Of a DNA stretch of 29,751 nucleotides, positions 22,583 through 29,751 are shown piece after piece. The DNA lies in NCBI GenBank assembly GCA_964447735.1, contig CAYUTJ010000005.1, positions 1-29,751 of the forward strand. The letters run 5' to 3'. Under the pieces are notes generated by a model. It was not told the DNA's origin. It was given only the letters and a program-made list of their open reading frames with translations, and did no database searches. Positions within the stretch are counted from its first letter, which is position 1. Each line of letters begins with the position of its first letter. A program made the translations under genes and the position numbers. The DNA comes from an uncultured Candidatus Saccharibacteria bacterium. GTDB taxonomy: Bacteria > Patescibacteriota > Minisyncoccia > Minisyncoccales > GBS-2.

Positions 22583-23289
22583 AGATATTTTCTGAATTTA
22601 ATGTTTGCGAATTTTTGACCTTCTTTTACAATTTCTAAAATTTCTTCTTCTTTAAATGGAGTAAAAACCTTTCCAGAAATTGTGCTATTTTTTTGGTAGT
22701 TTTGTAAAAAATAAACTTTAGCTTTTCTAATTGCTTTGCAAATTTCTAAAATATCTTCTTTTGTGTGAAATTCTTTCATTATTGTTGTCCTGAATTCATA
22801 ATCTACTTTTCCCTCAAGTAAAATCCCAATAGATTCTTTTATACTCTTAAAAGTTTTTTTTGTCAAAACTTTCCCAGTAATTTCATTGTATTTTTCAAAA
22901 ACTAATTGATGTTTTATATCCATTGCTACATAATCTACCAATCTTTTATCGATCAATTCTTTCAACATTTTCGGATTGGTACCGTTAGTTTCCAACTCCA
23001 CTAAATATTTCAAATTCTTTATTTTTTCAATGAATTTTGGAAGTTGAGGGTTTAAGGTTGGTTCTCCTCCTGAAATCGATACTGCTTCTAAAAATCCTTT
23101 TCTTTCTTTCAAAAAAGAAAAAATTTTATTCTCTGAAATAGGTTTTATCTTTTTTATCTCCTCTGGCAAAACTAAATGAGGGACATAACAAAACTGGCAT
23201 CTTAAATTACAACCTGCCAAAAAAATGATGGCAGAAATTCTGCCAGGATACTCAATCAGACTCTGTTTTTGAAGACCGGCTATAATCAT
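22579..23289 (-). CDS. nrdG: anaerobic ribonucleotide reductase activating radical-SAM enzyme
   Basis: CNLRCQFC, SGGEPT, ETNGT, AMDIK and YEFRTT; directly coupled to nrdD. Confidence 0.93.
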   Translation of the reverse strand: MIIAGLQKQSLIEYPGRISAIIFLAGCNLRCQFCYVPHLVLPEEIKKIKPISENKIFSFLKERKGFLEAVSISGGEPTLNPQLPKFIEKIKNLKYLVELETNGTNPKMLKELIDKRLVDYVAMDIKHQLVFEKYNEITGKVLTKKTFKSIKESIGILLEGKVDYEFRTTIMKEFHTKEDILEICKAIRKAKVYFLQNYQKNSTISGKVFTPFKEEEILEIVKEGQKFANIKFRKYL

Positions 23290-25415
23290 TTAGCCAACGT
23301 ACTTTCTTTAATTTTAAATTCTTTCCTTTGTTTGAATTCTTGCTGTTTTCCCAAATTCCATTGTTGAACTGGTCTGTAGTATCCTACGATTCTTGAATAA
23401 ACTTCGCAAGGTTGTTTTATAGTACATTTCGGACAGAAAAAGTGTTCTCCAGCAATATAACCATGGACAGGGCAAATTGAAAAGGTTGGAGTGATGGTAA
23501 TATAAGGAAGTTTGAAATTCTCAAAAACCTTTTTCACTAATCTCTTCACTCCTTCTCCGCTCTGCATTCTCTCCCCCAAGAAAATATGCAAGACAGTTCC
23601 CCCAGTGTATTTGCATTGAAGTTCTTCTTGCAATTTCAAAGCTTCAAAAATATCATCTGTATAATTTACAGGAAGCTGGGAAGAATTTGTGTAATAAGGA
23701 ACTTTTTTTGTCCCTGCTGTAATAATGTCAGGATATTTTTCTTTATCTTTTAAAGCTAACCTGAAAGCAGTTGATTCAGCAGGAGTAGCTTCAAGATTGA
23801 AAATGTCTCCAGTTTCTTCTTGATACTTAACTAATCTTTCTCTCATAAAATCTAAAACTTCTAGGGCAAATTTCCTTCCTCTTTTGGAAGCGATATTTTC
23901 TCCCATAAAATTTAAGAGGCATTCATTCATCCCTACCAAACCTATAGTTGAAAAGTGATTTGCCCAGTACTTTCCTCTCATTTTCTTTATATCTTGCAAA
24001 TAAAATCTTGAATATGGATAAAGTCCCTTTTCAATATAATTTTCCAAAACTTTTCTTTTAATCTCTAGAGAATTCTTGGCCAGGTCCATAACTTTTGCTA
24101 ATCTCTCAAAAAATTCTTTCTTTGTTTTTGATAAATAACCAATACGAGGTAAATTGATTGTCACCACTCCGATTGAACCTGTTTTAGATCCTGATCCAAA
24201 AAGCCCCCCTCCTCCTCGATTATAAAGTTCTCTCAAGTCAAGACGTAACCTACAGCACATTGATCTTGCATCTTCAGGTTTCATATCAGAATTGATATAA
24301 TTTGCAAAATAATTTGTTCCATATTTTGCGGAAGCTTCAAAAATTCCATTAAAAGCCGGCTCTTCCCATGGAAAATCTTTAGTGATATTTATTGTTGGAA
24401 TCGGAAAATGAAAAGGTCTTCCTTTTGCATCCCCCTCCATGTAAACCTCGTAAAGAGCTTTATCAAAAATTTTCATTTCTTCAGCAAATTCCTCATAAAT
24501 TTCTTCTTGGGGCTTCCCTCCCAAGATTACAGGCTGTTTTGCAAAAACCGGAGAAGGCCTCAAATCCAAAGTGATATTAGTAAAGGGACACTGAAATCCC
24601 ACTCTTGTTGGAATTGCCATATTAAATAGAAATTCTTGTAAAGCCTGCTTTACCTGTTGATAGTTTAAATTGTCATATCTAATGAATGGAGCTAAAAGAG
24701 TATCGAAATTGGAAAAGGAAACCGCACCCGCAGCCTCTCCTTGCAATGTATAAAGAAAGTTGACTACTTGTCCTAAAGCAGCTCTGAAATGTTTGGGAGG
24801 TTTTGATTCTACTTTTCCCGGAACTCCTTGAAATCCTTTAGTTAAAAGATCGTAAAGATCCCAACCAACGCAATAAGGTCCTAAAGTATCAAGATTGTGA
24901 ATATGGAAATCTCCGCTTTCGTAAGCTTCTCTAATTTCTTTTGGGTAAATTTTGTTTAACCAGTATTTCTTGATTATGTAGGCTGTGGCATAATGGTTCA
25001 AGCCCTGCAGAGAAAAAGCCATGTTAGCGTTTTCTTGAACTTCCCAATCTAATTTTTCTAGATACTGGTCCAATCTATCGACTGCTTCCTCTGAATATTT
25101 GATAGCTTCTCTTATCCTTCTTCTTTGCTCTCTATATAAAATATAGGCCTTAGCAGTTTTAACAAGGCCCTCTAAAATTAGAACTTCTTCGACAATATCT
25201 TGAATTTGCTCAATGTTGGGAATTTCTCCTTTTTTGAATCTTCTGTTTAAAATTCTAACTACTCTATCTGAAAGCCTTTTTGCTTTTTTCTTTTCTCCTT
25301 CTCCAGTGATCGTTAATGCTTTAAAAATTGCATCTGTAATTCTTTCTTGTTCAAAAGGAACTATCGTTCCATCTCTCTTTTGAACCTTTTCTATTTTATT
25401 AACCATAGATTTCAT
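23286..25415 (-). CDS. nrdD: class III ribonucleoside-triphosphate reductase with N-terminal ATP cone; start ATG 25415 or 25406 rather than 25448
   Basis: VQKRDG ATP cone, HIHNL, PYC, SMCCRL, NLEATPAES, YTGGTVLH, CPVH..CPKC and glycyl-radical YSRIVGYYRP. Confidence 0.97.
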   Translation of the reverse strand: MKSMVNKIEKVQKRDGTIVPFEQERITDAIFKALTITGEGEKKKAKRLSDRVVRILNRRFKKGEIPNIEQIQDIVEEVLILEGLVKTAKAYILYREQRRRIREAIKYSEEAVDRLDQYLEKLDWEVQENANMAFSLQGLNHYATAYIIKKYWLNKIYPKEIREAYESGDFHIHNLDTLGPYCVGWDLYDLLTKGFQGVPGKVESKPPKHFRAALGQVVNFLYTLQGEAAGAVSFSNFDTLLAPFIRYDNLNYQQVKQALQEFLFNMAIPTRVGFQCPFTNITLDLRPSPVFAKQPVILGGKPQEEIYEEFAEEMKIFDKALYEVYMEGDAKGRPFHFPIPTINITKDFPWEEPAFNGIFEASAKYGTNYFANYINSDMKPEDARSMCCRLRLDLRELYNRGGGGLFGSGSKTGSIGVVTINLPRIGYLSKTKKEFFERLAKVMDLAKNSLEIKRKVLENYIEKGLYPYSRFYLQDIKKMRGKYWANHFSTIGLVGMNECLLNFMGENIASKRGRKFALEVLDFMRERLVKYQEETGDIFNLEATPAESTAFRLALKDKEKYPDIITAGTKKVPYYTNSSQLPVNYTDDIFEALKLQEELQCKYTGGTVLHIFLGERMQSGEGVKRLVKKVFENFKLPYITITPTFSICPVHGYIAGEHFFCPKCTIKQPCEVYSRIVGYYRPVQQWNLGKQQEFKQRKEFKIKESTLAK

Positions 25416-25425
25416 TGTATTTCTT

Positions 25426-26622
25426 TCAAATTTTTTTGTCAATTTCAAAAATTTTTCTTAAAAGATCCATTTGAGAAAGAGTCCCAAGATCCCCTTTTTG
25501 GCAATTTTTTTCAGAAAATTTTTCCACTTTATCTTTTCCGTTGCCAAAAATTAAAACTGGATTTTTCCCAAAAGCATGGCTCTTTTTTAAAGAAGAAGTG
25601 GGGTGGTCTCCGGTAATTACAATTAAAACATCCTTTAGTTTCAAAATTGGTTTTAAGTTTCTATCAATTTTCTCTATAAAATTCTTCTTTCCTAAAAAAT
25701 CTCCATCTTCTGCAAAAGTATCAGTTGCCTTAATATGTAAAAAGATAAAATCAAATTTTCTAATGTTTTTTTTCAAAGCTAAAATCTTTCCTTTGAGATT
25801 AGTATTTTTCATTCCATTAGCCCCTCTAACTTTTATTTCCTTCATCTTTAGATATTTTCCAATTCCTTTGTAAAGAACACCGCCCGCAATAAAAGCTGTT
25901 CTCAATTTATATTTTTCTTTAAAACTCTTAACTTTCCTAAATTTCCCTGCGCCTCTAAGTAAAATAAAATTTGCGGGTAATTTTCCTTCTTTAATTCTTT
26001 TTTTGTTTTGAGGATGATTTTTTAAAATAAATCTTGCTTTTTCAAGAAACTGATTCAAGATTTGAACCGTTCTTTTGGCATTTTTTATCTTCGGCAAAAT
26101 TCTCAAAACTTTGACTCCTACTTTTTTGGGATCGTTTTTGGTAACTTTCTCTGAAAGATTTTTCCCTCTCAAAACCAAAACGATTCTGTGTCCAAAAGAT
26201 TTCTTAACGATAACTTTCGCTCCCTTAACTTTAATTTTGTTTAGTGCAGAAATCAAATTTTCAGTTTTTTCAATCCTCCCTGCCCTCCTATCGATTATTG
26301 TTAGGTCATCATCGACTGTTGCAAAATTCCCTCTAAAACAAATGTCATTCTTTCTCAATTTGAAATTGATACCTAAAGCTTCTAGAACCCCTCTCCCGGG
26401 ATTTGATTTTTTAGGATCGTATCCAAAAATTGCCAAATGAGTATCTTCTGAAGTAGGTAATTTTCCTTTTTCAATCCATGGAATAACTTGACCACAAATT
26501 CCGTTTTTAGCCAAAAAATCTAAATTTGGAGTTTTAGCTGCCTCCAAAGGCGTTTTACCTTTAAACTGAGGAATGGGTTCATCTGCCAATCCGTCAATTA
26601 CAATTAAAATTATTTTTGACAT
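25426..26622 (-). CDS. apgM: cofactor-independent phosphoglycerate mutase, ApgM type
   Basis: IDGLAD, TPLEAAKTPNLD, GYDP, GRGVLEALG, FRGNFAT, DRRAGRI, HIKATD and TGDH. Confidence 0.92.
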   Translation of the reverse strand: MSKIILIVIDGLADEPIPQFKGKTPLEAAKTPNLDFLAKNGICGQVIPWIEKGKLPTSEDTHLAIFGYDPKKSNPGRGVLEALGINFKLRKNDICFRGNFATVDDDLTIIDRRAGRIEKTENLISALNKIKVKGAKVIVKKSFGHRIVLVLRGKNLSEKVTKNDPKKVGVKVLRILPKIKNAKRTVQILNQFLEKARFILKNHPQNKKRIKEGKLPANFILLRGAGKFRKVKSFKEKYKLRTAFIAGGVLYKGIGKYLKMKEIKVRGANGMKNTNLKGKILALKKNIRKFDFIFLHIKATDTFAEDGDFLGKKNFIEKIDRNLKPILKLKDVLIVITGDHPTSSLKKSHAFGKNPVLIFGNGKDKVEKFSEKNCQKGDLGTLSQMDLLRKIFEIDKKI

Positions 26623-27878
26623 TTTATTTTTTCCTCAATTTTTAAAAGCCTATTGTACTTTACGACTCTTTCTCCTCTAGCTGGAGCTCCAAATTTAACA
26701 AAATCTGAAAATATCCCTACTGCAAAATCAGCGACGAAATCATCTGTAGTTTCTCCCGATCTATGAGAAACCATAATTTTGAAACCGAAAGATTTTGCTA
26801 ATCTTACAGCCTCAATGGCCTCTGTTACTGTTCCAATTTGATTTATTTTTATTATAGTACCGTTGCAAAGATTTTTCTCTTTTGCCATTTTAATTCTCTT
26901 TGGATTTGTCACCAAAAGATCATCTCCGATGATTAAAATATTTTTTGAATATTTTTCAGTAAATTCTTTCCAACTTTCAAAATCATCCTCTGAAAAGGGA
27001 TCTTCAATTCCTTCAAGAGGGTATTTTTTAATTAATTTTTGAAGATATTCTTGAAAATCTTTTCTCTCAAAAAAACCAAAACTTGTTTTGTATTTTTTTT
27101 GAACAAAAAAATGAGAAGCTGCTACATCCAAAAAAATTGAAATTTTATTTTGATAATTTAAAAACTTTGCAGATTTTAAAATTAATTCAATTGCTTTTTC
27201 AGGTCTTTTGATGGGAGGGGAAAAACCACCCTCGTCTCCTAAATTAGTGGCTAACTTTCCAAAAGTTTTTTTTAAAATTTCTTTTAGCTTATGATAAATT
27301 TCGGTTCCGATTCTCAAATTTTGAGAAAAACTCTTTGTCTTGGGGCAAACCATAAATTCTTGAAAATCTAAATCATTGCCAGCATGCAAACCTCCATTAA
27401 TGACGTTAAAAGAAGGTCGCGGCATTATTTTATTTTTCAATGAGAAATTGGCAAGATAAGAAATGTATTGATAAAGAGGTAGATTTTTTGCTCTAGCTCC
27501 TGCTTTACAGACAGCTATTGAGACAGGACAAATTGCATTCGCTCCTAATTTTGATTTATTTTCAGTGCCATCCAATTCTATTAGGATTTGATCGATTTTT
27601 CTTTGATTGGTAGGATTTTCTCTTTTCAATTTTTTGGCTATAATTTCGTTTACATTTTTTACTGCTTTCTTCACCCCTTTTCCAAAAAATCTTTTTCTTT
27701 TATCTCTAATTTCCAAAGCCTCAAATTTTCCTTTTGAAGCTCCGGAGGGAACAGAAGCTAAAAAAAGACCAAAATTGGTCTCCAATTCTACTTCAACAGT
27801 CGGATTTCCTCTCGAATCTAAAATTTCCCTTGCTCTTATTTTTTCAATCTTTGGCTTTTTTTTGCTGTAGATAATCAT
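26610..27878 (-). CDS. eno: enolase; start uncertain (nearest ATG 27878)
   Basis: EILDSRGNPTVE, VPSGAS, NVINGGLHA, GDEGGF, IEDPF, GDDL, IKINQIGT, SHRSGET and RGERVVKYN. Confidence 0.97.
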   Translation of the reverse strand: MIIYSKKKPKIEKIRAREILDSRGNPTVEVELETNFGLFLASVPSGASKGKFEALEIRDKRKRFFGKGVKKAVKNVNEIIAKKLKRENPTNQRKIDQILIELDGTENKSKLGANAICPVSIAVCKAGARAKNLPLYQYISYLANFSLKNKIMPRPSFNVINGGLHAGNDLDFQEFMVCPKTKSFSQNLRIGTEIYHKLKEILKKTFGKLATNLGDEGGFSPPIKRPEKAIELILKSAKFLNYQNKISIFLDVAASHFFVQKKYKTSFGFFERKDFQEYLQKLIKKYPLEGIEDPFSEDDFESWKEFTEKYSKNILIIGDDLLVTNPKRIKMAKEKNLCNGTIIKINQIGTVTEAIEAVRLAKSFGFKIMVSHRSGETTDDFVADFAVGIFSDFVKFGAPARGERVVKYNRLLKIEEKIKCQK

Positions 27879-28782
27879 AAGCAGATAGGGCAGCCTTTGC
27901 TCCTTCGCCACAAGCTGTAATTATTTGTTTGTATCTTCCTGCATTGCAATCTCCGGCTGCAAAAATTCCTGGGGTTTTTGTAGCCATTGTTTCAAACTCG
28001 ACTATGATTTCGTTTCTTTTATTAAAATCTACCAAATCTTTAACAAAGGATGTGGCTGGAATATTTCCAATTTCAACAAAAACTCCATCGACAGAAAGTT
28101 CTTTTAAATTCTGAGAAATTCTATCTTGATAGATTAAAGATTTTACAAAATTATCTCCCTTTATTTCTTTAACCTGAGCATTCGCAATCACTTCTATTTT
28201 CCCCGTTCTTTGAGCTTTTTCTTGATTTTCCTTTTCAGCTCTTACTTTATCAAAAAATTCCAAAATATAGATTTTTTCTGCGAAATTTGCTAAAAAAATG
28301 GCTGCTTCGAAACCTGCGTTTCCTCCTCCAATGACTGCTACTTTTTTTCCTTTAAACAAGGGAGCGTCGCAAGTTACGCAGTAACTTACTCCTTTGCCCA
28401 AAAATTCTTTTTCTCCTGGAATCGAAAGAGGACGAGGAGTAGCACCAGAAGCCACAATAATTGTTTTTGCTAGAAATTCTTTATCTTGCTTTGTTTTAAC
28501 AGAAAAGAAATCTTCTTTCTTTTTAACCTCTGTTACCTCATCAATTTCCATTTCAATTTCGTATTTTTTCAAGTGGGAAAGGAATCTCTCTATCAATTCC
28601 TTCCCTGAAATCTCCAAAATTCCAGGGAAATTCTCAATTTTTACTGCTTTTCTATTAATTTGTCCTCCAATTTCTTTTGCGATCAAAAGAAGATTTAATC
28701 TTTGTCTTTTAGCATAAATTGCTGCCGTAATCCCTGCAGGTCCTGCTCCAATTATGATAAGGTCATAAATTTCTTCTTTCAT
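27844..28782 (-). CDS. trxB: thioredoxin-disulfide reductase family flavoprotein
   Basis: GAGPAG, GVSYCVTCD (CxxC), GGGNAG, PGIFAAGD and QIITACGEG. Confidence 0.9.
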   Translation of the reverse strand: MKEEIYDLIIIGAGPAGITAAIYAKRQRLNLLLIAKEIGGQINRKAVKIENFPGILEISGKELIERFLSHLKKYEIEMEIDEVTEVKKKEDFFSVKTKQDKEFLAKTIIVASGATPRPLSIPGEKEFLGKGVSYCVTCDAPLFKGKKVAVIGGGNAGFEAAIFLANFAEKIYILEFFDKVRAEKENQEKAQRTGKIEVIANAQVKEIKGDNFVKSLIYQDRISQNLKELSVDGVFVEIGNIPATSFVKDLVDFNKRNEIIVEFETMATKTPGIFAAGDCNAGRYKQIITACGEGAKAALSAYDYLQQKKAKD

Positions 28783-29657
28783 ATTTCCTTTATAACTTGG
28801 GGAATTGCCTCAATGACATCTGTAGCTGTGAGAGATTCTTTTAATTTTTCTCCAGCTATCTCCCCTGCTTTTCCATTAATAAAAATTGCTGCCTTTGCTG
28901 CCAAAAGAGGTTCTACTTTCCTTGCCATCAAAGCCCCACAAATTCCAGCCAAAACATCGCCGGTGCCTCCAACAGCCATGTAAGGAGAACCCGTGTAATT
29001 TAAATAAACTTTTTCTCCGTCTGAAATAATATCTGGTTTTCCTTTAAATAAAATTGGAGTTTTCAATCTTTTAGCTTCTTCTTTGATAATTTTTGCTTTT
29101 TCTTCTAATGGCAAGTCGAGAGGGACTTTTTTACCAGTTAAAACAAAAAATTCATAGCCATGAGGAGTAAGTAAAAACTTTTTATTTTCTAAAATTTTGG
29201 GTTCTTTTGCGATGGCATGAATTGCATCGGCATCGATAACGAAGGGAATATCTATATTTTTCAAGTATTCTAAAACCGTCTCTTGAGTTTCTCTTGACCT
29301 TCCCAACCCTCCTCCAATTACCCCAGCTACATTTCCGTAAGCTACTTGTTTTGCAGCTTCTGTTTGTTCAATTAGAATTGAAAGGTGTCTTTTTGTTAGC
29401 CACTTTCCTTCTAAAGGATAAGCTGCTAAATTTGGAGAAAAAGAGGAGATAATGTCTGCTGCTCTTCTTGGAGCTATGATTCTTACCATCCCTACTCCAA
29501 CTTTGAAAGCCGCCATCGCATTCAGAGCAGGAGACCCTGAATAAAAATCAGAACCTCCAATGACAATCAAAAGTCCAAAGTCGTATTTTACAAAATATTG
29601 ATTCTCTTTTCTTTTTGGAAAAACTTCTTTTAAAATTTCCTTTTCTATCTTTTCCAT
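28779..29657 (-). CDS. nnrD: ADP-dependent NAD(P)H-hydrate dehydratase (stand-alone)
   Basis: IGGSDFYSGSP, GGGLG, VIDADA, LTPHGYEF and GGTGDVLAG. Confidence 0.92.
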   Translation of the reverse strand: MEKIEKEILKEVFPKRKENQYFVKYDFGLLIVIGGSDFYSGSPALNAMAAFKVGVGMVRIIAPRRAADIISSFSPNLAAYPLEGKWLTKRHLSILIEQTEAAKQVAYGNVAGVIGGGLGRSRETQETVLEYLKNIDIPFVIDADAIHAIAKEPKILENKKFLLTPHGYEFFVLTGKKVPLDLPLEEKAKIIKEEAKRLKTPILFKGKPDIISDGEKVYLNYTGSPYMAVGGTGDVLAGICGALMARKVEPLLAAKAAIFINGKAGEIAGEKLKESLTATDVIEAIPQVIKEI

Positions 29658-29697
29658 AAAATTATTCTAACAAATTTCTTATGTTTAGAAAAATTAG

Positions 29698-29751
29698 CTG
29701 CGGGGTGAGGACTCGAACCTCAACTTCCAGGTCCAGAGCCTGGCGTCCTAC
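29698..29751 (-). tRNA. tRNA-Gln(CUG), 5' end truncated by the window; CCA not encoded
   Basis: Anticodon arm CCAGG-CT-CTG-GA-CCTGG (anticodon at 29736-29734), T arm TGAGG-TTCGAGT-CCTCA, acceptor strand CCCCGCA plus discriminator G, followed by CTA. Confidence 0.93.

Noticed and set aside
660-28983. Numerous plus-strand ORFs in the track (e.g. 660..974, 3173..3859, 4796..5083, 21107..21418, 25541..25873, 26075..26440, 28394..28717) and the minus-strand 2445..2627
   Set aside because: They lie antisense to, or nested in, well-supported genes. They are F/L/S/I-rich mirrors of K/E-rich codons, with no recognisable motifs.
29658-29751. tRNA-Gln 3' end as an integration site for a genomic island
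   Set aside because: I found no duplicate of the tRNA 3' end, no integrase or transposase, and no obvious compositional break; the flanking genes are housekeeping.
1-29751. CRISPR arrays, IS elements, rRNA, riboswitches, inteins
   Set aside because: No spaced direct repeats, terminal inverted repeats or transposase motifs were seen. The largest intergenic gap is about 80 nt and is explained by promoters or terminators. NrdD and the other proteins have normal lengths.

Overview
Gene-dense, strongly AT-rich window from a bacterium that is most likely an anaerobic, possibly thermophilic Patescibacteria/CPR (Parcubacteria-like) organism. The taxonomy is inferred from SD-less A-rich leaders, CPR-style hypothetical proteins and bacterial murB/tyrS/mnmA; it was not computed. 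All genes except murB are on the minus strand. In transcription order there are four blocks. (1) tRNA-Gln(CUG), nnrD, trxB, eno, apgM, nrdD, nrdG, archaeal-type SAM synthetase, stand-alone GltB FMN domain, ferredoxin. (2) An Rrf2/IscR-like operon with its own sigma70 promoter and a perfect palindromic operator: rrf2, iscS, iscU, mnmA, ThiI-like thiolase, ttuA, tyrS, trmI. (3) After murB and a Zn-ribbon/trmO pair, a ~9.7 kb Cys/His-rich putative metal/thiol operon (DUF5320, two NifX-like, AhpD-like, Trx-DsbD-like fusion, Fe-S MinD-like ATPase, CDF-Zn-ribbon fusion, DUF134, ABC ATPase and permease without a binding protein, two Cys-motif hypotheticals, MEMO1/AmrB) with a 24-bp palindrome over its promoter. 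(4) An adenosine-specific kinase, then DUF6390 and the first 17 codons of a probable group 3 [NiFe]-hydrogenase small subunit at the left edge. Non-gene signals are a recurring AAAGGTC leader motif 17-22 nt before start codons and in-frame 7-bp tandem arrays inside murB and mnmA. No CRISPR, transposase, integrase or rRNA was seen. All family calls come from motif recognition, not database searches.
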